NCBI GenBank assembly: GCA_020628165.1
Contig: JAHDFM010000017.1
Span: forward strand, 17,690 to 81,689
Direction of reading: 5' to 3'
Source of the DNA: Bdellovibrionales bacterium
GTDB taxonomy: Bacteria; Bdellovibrionota; Bdellovibrionia; Bdellovibrionales; UBA1609
DNA: 64,000 nt
The position numbers and the translations under genes are program-made. Positions within the stretch are counted from its first letter, which is position 1. Each line of letters begins with the position of its first letter. Positions 55,196-64,000 of the stretch are shown here, piece by piece. The notes below the pieces were generated by a model, which saw only the letters and a list, made by a program, of their open reading frames with translations, was not told where the DNA came from and did no database searches.

Positions 55196-56163
55196 TAATT
55201 TATTTTAATAAAAGCAGAGCTTCTTTTACGGTCAAGCCAGTTTTGAAAGTACCGTTTAAAAGACATGGCAAAAAGCTTTTGTCTGATTTCACCTTTTTTC
55301 TTATCTAGCTCTGGGTCTTTCACTAGTTTCTTCTTATTCAACTTTAAAATATGATATCCATATGATGATTTTACAATTTGTGAGGTCTCTCCAGCTTTTA
55401 AATTTTTAATTCCAGCCTCTAATTGGGCATTCATCTCACCAGCCTTAAAACTACCTAACAAACCACCTTCAGTGAAGTTGGGATCTTCGCTGAACTGCCG
55501 AGCTGCTTGTTCAAAAGTGATAGTGTTGCTTGTGAGCTTGCCTAAAATATTTTGTGCTTTGCTGTAAGCAGCTTTACCATCTTTATTTTTTGGCAAGAAA
55601 AGAATGTGCGATATTTTATACTCATAAACTTGAGTTGCAGATTCTTTAGAGTTTTGGGTGTAATAAGCAATGACGTCTTCTTCAGTGATCTTAATATTTG
55701 AGGTGATGTTTTTTTCAATCAAAGCTTTTCTTTCCAACGATTTACCGATGAAGGCTTGATAATCAGAAAACTTAATGCCTTGGCTTTTAAGCGACTGAAT
55801 GAGGTCATTACGGCTGATGTTGTTGCGGTTAGTGATGTTGCGAACCTCTTGCTCGACCTTTTCAATGGTGGCTTCTAAACCATCAGCCTTCACTTGTGAA
55901 TCGAGCAGTTTTTCGTCAATCAAGTGTTGCACTATATATTTAGAATCAGTGGCTAATTTTTTTGGGTCGCGAAACTGCAGTAAGGCATCATCGAGAAGAG
56001 CATTTTTTTCTTTGAATTTCTTTTTAAACTCAAAAACTTCAGACTGAGTGATGATCTCGCCATTGATAATGGCAACAATCTGATCAACAACAGTGGCTTG
56101 TGATATTGAACTTACTAAAAGAGTTAACATAAAAAAGAACTTTTTAATCACTTGAATCTCCAT
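55195..56163 (-). CDS. surA: Periplasmic chaperone / peptidyl-prolyl isomerase SurA-like
   Basis: 322 aa. Signal peptide, SurA-type N-domain, parvulin domain (YKISHILF...SYGYHILKL). Confidence 0.78.
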   Translation of the reverse strand: MEIQVIKKFFFMLTLLVSSISQATVVDQIVAIINGEIITQSEVFEFKKKFKEKNALLDDALLQFRDPKKLATDSKYIVQHLIDEKLLDSQVKADGLEATIEKVEQEVRNITNRNNISRNDLIQSLKSQGIKFSDYQAFIGKSLERKALIEKNITSNIKITEEDVIAYYTQNSKESATQVYEYKISHILFLPKNKDGKAAYSKAQNILGKLTSNTITFEQAARQFSEDPNFTEGGLLGSFKAGEMNAQLEAGIKNLKAGETSQIVKSSYGYHILKLNKKKLVKDPELDKKKGEIRQKLFAMSFKRYFQNWLDRKRSSAFIKIN

Positions 56164-57073
56164 TTTTTGAATTGAATGCTATCTATTAATTTTTGATTCA
56201 CCATCATAGTGACATTCATTTCTTTGAGCATAATGCTATTGTAATCCAGCCTTAGTTGCGACGTTAAAATCTGTTTGATCTTATTTTTACTGTCGGCATA
56301 AGACAAAGCTTTGCTCTTTTTAATAGCAGCTAATTGGCTGATTTGAAACCCAAATTTTGTCTTAACCAAAGAGCTGACAGCTCCTTTGGATTGCCCAGAC
56401 AATTCCTGCCAAGGGGTTTCAGACAGACTTTGCAATTGTATGGATTTTAGAGCACTTGGCTCTAGTTTTTGGCGCTGGATGGCTTTTTTAAAGTTGTAAC
56501 CATTTCGCAGAGCATCTAAGATCTTTTCAGCCTTAGATTTATCATTTAACAGAAGATAATTGATCACATAAGTCTCTGGCGTTTTAAACTCTCTTTTGTT
56601 CTTTTTGTAATAGGCTTCAAGGTCTGACTCTTCAATTAAGAGGTTATTGCTATTAATATGGTTGATGATTTTTTTCTCAAGCAATGTTGTGTTGAGTTTT
56701 TGCTTCCATTGATCAAAAGATCCTTTCAAGTTTTTTTCAAATGTAGCGTCATCGGGGTACATGCTTTTAATATTTGTGATCTCTTTATTGAGCTCATCGG
56801 GGTGGATAAATAATTTTTTATGAGCAGCATAGAGAGTTGAAACTTTCTCATTGATAAGTTGATTCAATGCTACAGTTTTAAATGTGTTAAATTTATCTTC
56901 ATTGATTTCATTTGTTGTTGGAAAGACTTTCAACTCGCGGTTGAGTATTTCGGCATAATCCTTAAATGAGTAAGAGGATTTACCGATTTCTAAAATGGTT
57001 TGGGTGGAATAATTATTCTTTGCCGTGCAGGCAACTAAAAAAAAAAGATTAAAAAAGGTGCTCGAGAAATCAC
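56148..57073 (-). pseudogene. SurA/parvulin-like lipoprotein gene with reading frame broken in a T10 (A10 on plus) tract
   Basis: GTG 57073 (GTGA overlap with the upstream stop) gives MISRAPFLIFFF then TAG at 57037-57035. The track ORF frame (56148-56933) reads ...FFLVACTAKNN... upstream with no start codon. One extra T in the run at 57037-57046 would fuse them into a lipoprotein signal with lipobox LVAC. Confidence 0.6.
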
Positions 57074-57882
57074 TTTAATTTTTTGACTTCCTTTTTATTG
57101 GTTTTGATTGAGTATTTTTTCTTTAACTTTTTGAAGTAGTTATTGAAGTAAACCTTTCGTTTGCTATCAAAAACTGCGGCTTTAGCTTGTCGTTTGTTAG
57201 CATTTTTATACTTTTGAATGCCAGTTAATTTAATAATATGAAAGCCAAAACGCGTGCGAATAGGTTTGGAGATTTGACCAATCTTTAATTTTTTTGCTGC
57301 AGAATAATACGTTGGGGCTAAGGTGATGCTTGATTGAAAACCAATGTCGCCACGATTTCGTTTGCTAATGTTGTCGTCGGAATAAAGTTTTACCAGATCA
57401 GAAAACTTGCGTTTGCTTTTCTTCACTTCAGCGTAAATTTCATTAGCTCTTTTTTTAGCAATAGCGATTTCTTTTTCTGTAGAGTCTGGTTTGAATTGAA
57501 TAAGTATGTGACTAGTTTTAAGCTCAGGATTTTTTTTATAATACTTTTGAACTTCACCTTCAGTGACATTGATTTTTTGAATTTTACCCCCAATTTCTTT
57601 TTCAAGCAGTGCTTTATAGAGCTCTTGTTCAAAGCGGTCTAGCACAATTGGGTCTTTATCTAATTTTTGGCGACGAGCTTCTTGAACACCCACTTCAAAT
57701 TTAATGAGATCTTCAAGAAAGAGCTGAGGTGGTGGTGGGTTAAAAACATTTTTTCTAAGTTCAGCGTATTTCTTATCGAAATGCTGTTTAGTGATCTTTT
57801 TTTTGCCTACCGTGGCTAATACTTGAGCTTGTGCTGTGTATCCAGCCATTCCAAGCATAACACAGACCAATACTTTCAACAT
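57070..57882 (-). CDS. Parvulin-type peptidyl-prolyl isomerase (PrsA/PpiC-like), secreted
   Basis: 270 aa. Signal peptide MLKVLVCVMLGMAGYTAQA. Parvulin domain TSHILIQF...RFGFHIIKL. Confidence 0.78.
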   Translation of the reverse strand: MLKVLVCVMLGMAGYTAQAQVLATVGKKKITKQHFDKKYAELRKNVFNPPPPQLFLEDLIKFEVGVQEARRQKLDKDPIVLDRFEQELYKALLEKEIGGKIQKINVTEGEVQKYYKKNPELKTSHILIQFKPDSTEKEIAIAKKRANEIYAEVKKSKRKFSDLVKLYSDDNISKRNRGDIGFQSSITLAPTYYSAAKKLKIGQISKPIRTRFGFHIIKLTGIQKYKNANKRQAKAAVFDSKRKVYFNNYFKKLKKKYSIKTNKKEVKKLK

Positions 57883-57904
57883 AGGTTCCTCCAGTGTCGT
57901 CTAT

Positions 57905-58570
57905 TTAGGCTATCACTTGGTTTTTTGGCTTAGCAATGAGTTTAACTGCCTTTTGCCTAGCGTCATTTAGCATATTTTCTAAAGTTTTCGAGAGTTTATC
58001 AAAATCGTTGCGCTCTTGTTTTGTCACAATGGCCATTGGTTTATCTAAGTTCACCACGATCTTAGCAAAGGGCTTGGGTAAGAATGTTTTGTTCCATGAC
58101 TTTGGAAAATCAATGCGCGAAACACAGGCAATGCCAGCAGGGTAAATACGAGCCTTAGTTAATAAAGATAACTCAAATACTCCTGGTTTTACTTTATAAA
58201 TTGGGCCTCGCGGGCCATCCACTGCCATAGATGACGGGTGCCCAGAGCGACATAAGCGTATCAACCCTTTCAGCGCAGAAACACTTCCTCGAGAACTAGA
58301 GCCTTTCGAGGTCACACCACCTAGTTTTCGAATAACAAAATCGATGAGCTGGCCATCTTTACTCATGGAAGTCATAGTTGATAATTTGTAACGCGAAACC
58401 AACTGCACGATTGAGAGTTCGTCACCATGCCAATGGGCAAAAATTATGGGCTTTTTGTCAGCAAGATCCTGTTTGAGTTCTTCTGATTCAATCACTTGTG
58501 TTCGCCATGTCCAACTTAAGAGTTTATAAGTGACGAGCACAAGCCAAGGTAAAATGTATTTTCTAAACAT
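57905..58570 (-). CDS. DUF374-like membrane-anchored protein (lysophospholipid acyltransferase-related)
   Basis: 221 aa. N-terminal TM segment; IFAHWHGDEL and DGPRGP motifs, recalled from the DUF374 family. Confidence 0.55.
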   Translation of the reverse strand: MFRKYILPWLVLVTYKLLSWTWRTQVIESEELKQDLADKKPIIFAHWHGDELSIVQLVSRYKLSTMTSMSKDGQLIDFVIRKLGGVTSKGSSSRGSVSALKGLIRLCRSGHPSSMAVDGPRGPIYKVKPGVFELSLLTKARIYPAGIACVSRIDFPKSWNKTFLPKPFAKIVVNLDKPMAIVTKQERNDFDKLSKTLENMLNDARQKAVKLIAKPKNQVIA

Positions 58571-59527
58571 TTATAAAACTTTTTTGAATTCCTCAGTTAG
58601 CTTAGGAACAACTTCAAACAAGTCACCAACAATGCCATAAGTGGCTTTTTGGAAAATAGGAGCTTCAGGGTCATTGTTGATTGCGACAATCACTTTACTA
58701 CTGCTCATGCCAGCTAAATGTTGAATGGCTCCTGAAATTCCACAAGCAATGTACAAATTAGGGGCAACAGTTTTACCTGTTTGGCCCACCTGCATGCTGT
58801 GCGGAACCCAACCTGCGTCACATACGGCACGGGAAGCTCCAACCGTCGCACCTAAAACTCCGGCAAGATCATCAAGCATTTTAAAGTTATCCGCTTCTTT
58901 CATACCACGACCGCCGGCCACGATGATGTTGGCTTCAGTGAGGTCCAATTTTTCAGAAGTGTTTTGTACAATGTTTTTGATAATAGTTTTGAGGTCCGTT
59001 TTAACATCGTTAGATTCTCTGATATCACAAGTTGCACTTGTGTCAGCGTCATTGATGCTCAACTGGTTTGGTCGCATTAAAATAAATTTAATCGGACTGT
59101 TTTGAAACTCTACAGTGGCAGTGCACTTACCAGCGTAAAGCGGCTTCGTCACTGTTAAGTCATTCCAATCGATGCTGGTGCCGTCGCTGACGTAACCTGT
59201 ATTAAGCCCGGCAGCCACTCTCGGCATAAGATCTTTTGCAAGTGAGCCAGAACTAGCAAGAACGACTTCAGCACCAGAGTCTTTCACCCAAGTATTGACG
59301 AGTTCAAGGTAAGTTTCAGGGTTGTAGTTATCAAGATCAGCGTTTGAATTGATAAAGGCTGTGGTTGCACCGTAATGAGCCGATTGTTCGGCGAGAGTTT
59401 TGGCGTTGGACCCAAAAGCCATTGCGTAAATTTCAGCGCTTGCATTTTTGGCTTCTGACAAAAGCTCTTTGCAAGAGTTTTTTAAATCGTTGTTTCCTTC
59501 AAGTAATACGAGAACTTTTTTAGACAT
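58571..59527 (-). CDS. etfA: Electron transfer flavoprotein alpha subunit
   Basis: 318 aa. C-terminal FAD-binding region [15 protein letters not shown]...[13 protein letters not shown]. Confidence 0.93.
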   Translation of the reverse strand: MSKKVLVLLEGNNDLKNSCKELLSEAKNASAEIYAMAFGSNAKTLAEQSAHYGATTAFINSNADLDNYNPETYLELVNTWVKDSGAEVVLASSGSLAKDLMPRVAAGLNTGYVSDGTSIDWNDLTVTKPLYAGKCTATVEFQNSPIKFILMRPNQLSINDADTSATCDIRESNDVKTDLKTIIKNIVQNTSEKLDLTEANIIVAGGRGMKEADNFKMLDDLAGVLGATVGASRAVCDAGWVPHSMQVGQTGKTVAPNLYIACGISGAIQHLAGMSSSKVIVAINNDPEAPIFQKATYGIVGDLFEVVPKLTEEFKKVL

Positions 59528-59556
59528 GATAATCCTTTTTTAGTGAATGAAATGAG

Positions 59557-60330
59557 TTATAAGACTTTGGCTTCGTTTTTTAGGAGGTTAACTAGCTCTG
59601 CAGCTTGGTTAGCAGCTTCTCCTGAAATGTACTTCACCTCTGGCTTTTCAGCAGGCAATTGAAAGCTTTTGTAAGTGACTTTGTTAATCTCGTTGGAAAC
59701 ACCAAGGTCAGCAAAAGCCACTTCTTTTAAAGGCTTCTTTTTGGCCTTCATAATGCCGGGAAGGCTAGCGTATCTAGGTGTATTCAAGCCTTTGTTGGTT
59801 GAAAGCACACAAGGGCCTGTCACTTGATATGTTTTGCTAGATCCAGATTCAGCTTCACGAGTCACAGTGAAAGTGTTGTCAGCAGTTTCAAACTCGTGAA
59901 TCACAGAAACGTGTGGAAGATTTAAATACTCAGCGAGAATCTGTGGTAAACCAGCGCCGTTGTCATCGATAGAAAGCTTACCAGCAAAAACGATGGCAGG
60001 CTCGCCCTCTTGCTTGATGGCTTCAGCAATGGCCTTAGCAGTACCATTTTGGTCAAGGTCGTCTTCGCAGTCGATGAGGATGCCATCATCAGCACCCATG
60101 GCAAGGGCTGTGCGAATAGCATCTGTGGTTCTTTTTTTAGGTCCCAAGCTAACGATGGTGACTTTTGAGTCGGTTAACTTAGTTTTTAGGTTCAAAGCTT
60201 CTTCAATTGCAAACTCATCATAAGGGTTAACCACCCATTTGACGCCATTTAAGTCTATTTTCCCATCGCCAGTGAGTTTGATTTTGGTTTCAGTGTCTGG
60301 GACTTGTTTCACACATACGTAGATTCTCAT
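59557..60330 (-). CDS. etfB: Electron transfer flavoprotein beta subunit
   Basis: 257 aa. MRIYVCVKQVPDTETKIKL... is a typical EtfB N-terminus. Confidence 0.93.
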   Translation of the reverse strand: MRIYVCVKQVPDTETKIKLTGDGKIDLNGVKWVVNPYDEFAIEEALNLKTKLTDSKVTIVSLGPKKRTTDAIRTALAMGADDGILIDCEDDLDQNGTAKAIAEAIKQEGEPAIVFAGKLSIDDNGAGLPQILAEYLNLPHVSVIHEFETADNTFTVTREAESGSSKTYQVTGPCVLSTNKGLNTPRYASLPGIMKAKKKPLKEVAFADLGVSNEINKVTYKSFQLPAEKPEVKYISGEAANQAAELVNLLKNEAKVL

Positions 60331-60586
60331 CTTCTTATCCTTTTTACAGAGTTAAATCCTAATACCAACCGGTCTGAAGTTATATGAAACTTGATCAAGC
60401 GTCATCAGACCCTAGAGATTTACTTATTTACATAGTGTTATATGCTCAAAAAGTAAAAACTGTCACTCAGTGGCGTAAACAAGACATAACGCGCTAATTT
60501 TCAATAAATTTTCATTATTAAAATTGTCTACAAAAAGGGAATTAGGTATATTTGAAAATAAAATAACGCTATCTAAAAGGATCTCC

Positions 60587-61240
60587 ATGTCTTATCTCGC
60601 GACGACAATTGGGCGTAAACAAATAGTCGGAATTTGTGGTTTAGGCCTCAGTCTTTTCATTCTCGTACACATGCTCGGTAACTTACTCGTTTTTGTTAGC
60701 CCCCAAGCTTACAATGAATATGGCTACCTACTGACAAGTAACAAACTCATATACATAGCTGAAGCTGGTCTTTTGGCCATTTTCTTAGGGCATGTTGTGT
60801 ATACCATAATTCTTTCATTAAAGAATAAAAGTGCAAGGCCAAGCAAGTACGCCGTCACTGCCAAGGGAGAGAAAAAAACGAGCATGGCTTCAAAAACCAT
60901 GATCTATCAGGGCATTATCATTCTCATTTTTATTGTTCATCACCTGATTACTTTTAAATTTGGCGAAGAGTACGAAGTGCAGTACGGCGAAGTAGTAATG
61001 CGTGATCTTTACCGTTTGATGACAGAAGTGTTTGCACAACCACTCTACGTTGCTTGGTATGTTGTCGCAGTGATTTTGCTTGGCTACCATTTGAGTCACG
61101 GTTTTAGCTCATCGATAAAAACATTGGGCTTTTATCACCCGAAACACACACCAAAAATTGATATGCTTGGCTGGTTGTTTTCAGCCATTGTGACCTTAGG
61201 ATTTATTTCGCAACCGCTATTTATCTATCTGAACAACTAA
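60587..61240 (+). CDS. sdhC: Succinate dehydrogenase/fumarate reductase cytochrome b subunit (single large b-type anchor)
   Basis: Start trimmed to ATG 60587, with AAGGA 5 nt upstream. Five hydrophobic segments with His residues ([25 protein letters not shown]). Directly upstream of sdhA. Confidence 0.78.
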   Translation: MSYLATTIGRKQIVGICGLGLSLFILVHMLGNLLVFVSPQAYNEYGYLLTSNKLIYIAEAGLLAIFLGHVVYTIILSLKNKSARPSKYAVTAKGEKKTSMASKTMIYQGIIILIFIVHHLITFKFGEEYEVQYGEVVMRDLYRLMTEVFAQPLYVAWYVVAVILLGYHLSHGFSSSIKTLGFYHPKHTPKIDMLGWLFSAIVTLGFISQPLFIYLNN

Positions 61241-61253
61241 GAAGGATTTTAAG

Positions 61254-63176
61254 ATGTCAAAAATTTTAAGTTCAAACGAGCCGACGGGACCCATAGAAAG
61301 TCGATGGGAAAATCACAAGTTCAATATGAAGTTGGTCAACCCAGCTAATAAAACAAAGTTTACAGTGATTGTTGTAGGAACTGGATTAGCTGGTGCTTCT
61401 TCGGCGGCAACTCTTGCAGAGCTTGGTTATAACGTAAAAAGCTTCTGTATTCAGGACACACCAAGACGGGCTCACTCCATTGCCGCACAAGGTGGGATTA
61501 ACGCTGCTAAAAACTATCCCAATGATGGTGATTCTGTCTTTCGATTATTTTATGACACAGTAAAGGGTGGTGACTTTAGAGCGAGAGAATCTAACGTATA
61601 CCGTTTGGCTCAAGTTTCTAACAACATCATTGATCAATGCGTGGCTCAAGGTGTGCCTTTTGCTCGCGAATATGGCGGGACGTTAGCTAACCGCTCGTTT
61701 GGTGGTGCTCAAGTTTCTCGTACGTTCTATGCCAAAGGTCAAACAGGACAGCAGTTACTGTTAGGTGCCTACGCCGGTATGATGAAACAAATTGCTAATA
61801 AAAAAATTCAACAGTTTTCTCGTCGTGAAATGTTAGACTTGGTGACGGTGGATGGAATCGCTCGAGGAATCACAGTTCGCAACTTAGAAACCGGTGAAAT
61901 TGAATCTCACGCAGGTGATGCCGTTCTTTTATGTACTGGCGGTTACGGTAACGTTTTTTACTTATCCACCAATGCCATGAACTCCAATGTCACAGCTTCT
62001 TGGAGATGCCATAAAAAGGGCGCTTACTTTGCCAACCCTTGTTTCACTCAGATTCATCCAACCTGCATTCCAGTTTCAGGTGGTTATCAATCAAAACTGA
62101 CTTTGATGTCAGAGTCATTGCGTAACGACGGACGTGTTTGGGTGCCAAAAGAAAAGGGCGATAAACGTCATCCCAATGAAATAACAGAAGCAGAAAGAGA
62201 TTATTACTTAGAAAGAATTTACCCAAGTTTTGGTAACCTTGTGCCAAGAGACGTGGCTTCTAGACAAGCTAAGTTTCGCGTTGATGAAGGGCGCGGTGTA
62301 GGTTCAACAGGTGTTGCAGTTTATTTGGACTTCAAATCAGCCATTGAGAAAAAAGGTGAGAGTGCTGTTAGAGACAAGTACGGCAATCTCTTTCAAATGT
62401 ACGAAAAAATCACGGGTGAAAATCCATATAAAGTGCCTATGCGTATTTTCCCTGCGGTACACTACACTATGGGTGGTTTGTGGGTTGATTACAATTTGCA
62501 GAGCTCTATTCCTGGTTTGCATGTTCTGGGTGAAGCGAACTTCTCTGATCATGGCGCCAATAGACTTGGGGCTTCTGCACTTATGCAAGGTTTAGCTGAC
62601 GGTTATTTTGTTATTCCTTACACTTTGGGAAATTTCATTGCGAACCATGATTTAAAGCCGGTCTCCACTGAAAGTGACGAGTTTAAAGAAAGTAAAAAGC
62701 AATGCGAAGATCGCTTAAACACTCTTTTAAATATTAAAGGTGACAAAACGGTTGATTCTTTCCATAGAAAACTTGGTAATATTATGTGGGAAAACGTCGG
62801 AATGTCGAGAAACGAAAAGAGCTTGAAATCAGCCATTGCTGATATTCAGTCCTTGCGTGAAGAGTTCTGGCAAGGTGTTCGTGTCACAGGAGAAAACGGT
62901 TTTAAAAACGCAGAGCTTGAAAAAGCAGGCCGTGTAGCTGATTTTCTAGAGCTCGGAGAGTTGATGGCAAAAGACGCCCTCAATCGTGAAGAGTCGTGTG
63001 GTGGTCACTTTAGGGAAGAGCACCAAACTTCAGAAAACGAAGCCCAAAGAAATGACGAAGATTACTGTTATGTTTCTGCTTGGGAAATGAATGATCAAAA
63101 AAAGATAGATTGGATTGAAAATAAAGAAGAGCTAAAATTTGAGTACGTGAAGCTCGCTTATAGAAGTTACAAGTAG
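61254..63176 (+). CDS. sdhA: Succinate dehydrogenase/fumarate reductase flavoprotein subunit
   Basis: 640 aa. FAD fold [12 protein letters not shown]; covalent-FAD His region [10 protein letters not shown]; HYTMGG. Confidence 0.95.
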   Translation: MSKILSSNEPTGPIESRWENHKFNMKLVNPANKTKFTVIVVGTGLAGASSAATLAELGYNVKSFCIQDTPRRAHSIAAQGGINAAKNYPNDGDSVFRLFYDTVKGGDFRARESNVYRLAQVSNNIIDQCVAQGVPFAREYGGTLANRSFGGAQVSRTFYAKGQTGQQLLLGAYAGMMKQIANKKIQQFSRREMLDLVTVDGIARGITVRNLETGEIESHAGDAVLLCTGGYGNVFYLSTNAMNSNVTASWRCHKKGAYFANPCFTQIHPTCIPVSGGYQSKLTLMSESLRNDGRVWVPKEKGDKRHPNEITEAERDYYLERIYPSFGNLVPRDVASRQAKFRVDEGRGVGSTGVAVYLDFKSAIEKKGESAVRDKYGNLFQMYEKITGENPYKVPMRIFPAVHYTMGGLWVDYNLQSSIPGLHVLGEANFSDHGANRLGASALMQGLADGYFVIPYTLGNFIANHDLKPVSTESDEFKESKKQCEDRLNTLLNIKGDKTVDSFHRKLGNIMWENVGMSRNEKSLKSAIADIQSLREEFWQGVRVTGENGFKNAELEKAGRVADFLELGELMAKDALNREESCGGHFREEHQTSENEAQRNDEDYCYVSAWEMNDQKKIDWIENKEELKFEYVKLAYRSYK

Positions 63177-63188
63177 TAGAGGTTTAGT

Positions 63189-63962
63189 ATGGGTGGTTCT
63201 GATAATACAAAAATCAATTTAAAATTAAAAGTTTGGCGTCAAAAGGGTCCCAATGATGCGGGCATGTTTCAAGACTATGATGCCAAAGACATTTCTGTGA
63301 ATATGTCGTTCTTAGAAATGCTAGACGTCATGAATGAAGACTTAATTTCAAGCGGCCAAGAGCCGATCGAGTTTGATCACGACTGTCGCGAAGGTATTTG
63401 TGGAACATGTTCTCTAGTTATCAATGGTGAGCCCCACGGTCCAGATCGTGGCGTAACAACTTGTCAGTTACATATGAGACGTTTTCAAAATGGTGACACG
63501 GTAGTTATTGAGCCTTTCCGTGCAAAAGCTTTTCCGATTGTAAAAGACCTTGTGGTTGATCGCAGTGCCTTTGATCGTATCATTCAAGCGGGTGGTTATA
63601 TTTCAACCAACACGGGCAACGCCGTCGATGCTAATGCCATGCCGATCGGTAAAGACATTGCCGATGAAGCTTTTAAATCTGCAGCTTGCATTGGTTGTGG
63701 TGCTTGTGTGGCTGCCTGTAAGAATGCTTCAGCGAGTTTGTTCACTTCAGCTAAGATTTCACATTTGGCTTATGTTCCTCAAGGACAGGCCGAAAAATCA
63801 GAGCGTGCATTTAACATGGTTGTGCAGATGGATGAAGAGGCCTTTGGTGCTTGCACCAATACAGGAGCCTGTTCTGCGGCATGTCCTAAAGAGATCAGCT
63901 TAGAGAACATTGCTATCATGAACAGAGAATTTGCTAAAGCTTCGGGCAAAAGACGCAAATAA
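63189..63962 (+). CDS. sdhB: Succinate dehydrogenase/fumarate reductase iron-sulfur subunit
   Basis: 257 aa. Cys clusters [33 protein letters not shown]. Confidence 0.95.
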   Translation: MGGSDNTKINLKLKVWRQKGPNDAGMFQDYDAKDISVNMSFLEMLDVMNEDLISSGQEPIEFDHDCREGICGTCSLVINGEPHGPDRGVTTCQLHMRRFQNGDTVVIEPFRAKAFPIVKDLVVDRSAFDRIIQAGGYISTNTGNAVDANAMPIGKDIADEAFKSAACIGCGACVAACKNASASLFTSAKISHLAYVPQGQAEKSERAFNMVVQMDEEAFGACTNTGACSAACPKEISLENIAIMNREFAKASGKRRK

Positions 63963-64000
63963 AATTCTTTACAAAAACTTAACAAAATCTAAAATTCTTA

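Overview
AT-rich, origin-proximal chromosome segment of a Gram-negative bacterium. Gene content looks delta-proteobacterium/Bdellovibrionota-like, but I cannot verify taxonomy without a search. The backbone is the classic origin neighbourhood. On the minus strand: parA-parB-bactofilin, the F1Fo atpF'FHAGDC operon, and rsmG-mnmG-mnmE-jag-yidC-yidD-rnpA-rpmH. On the plus strand: dnaA-dnaN-recF-gyrB-gyrA-greB and a separate atpZ/I-atpB-atpE operon. Gene orientation switches at rpmH/dnaA, and four TTATNCACA-type DnaA boxes plus an AT-rich run sit between dnaA and dnaN, the likely oriC. Other housekeeping blocks are lon, a nuoA-H-J-K-L-M-N array with no peripheral-arm genes, mfd, a secreted GH3 hexosaminidase, pmm-pdxA-surA with two further parvulin paralogs, etfBA and a type-B sdhCAB. 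The most unusual feature is a 1.26-kb non-coding insertion that splits the normally contiguous rsmG-parA junction. It starts at one of two perfect parS palindromes. It contains two inverted 114-nt GC-rich extended hairpins with unrelated perfect outer stems, a conserved core, compensatory base changes and strand-biased G-T wobbles. These hairpins bracket an 875-bp AT-rich stretch with no ORF of 60 aa or more. I cannot assign it to any known RNA or repeat family from memory. Smaller observations: a lipoprotein gene broken in an A10/T10 tract, a secreted-protein pseudogene with two in-frame TAA codons, REP-like GTCATCCTGAGC-type palindromic elements, a c-subunit with a partial Na+-binding signature, and two perfect palindromic candidate operator sites in a small accessory islet carrying a patatin-like lipase.
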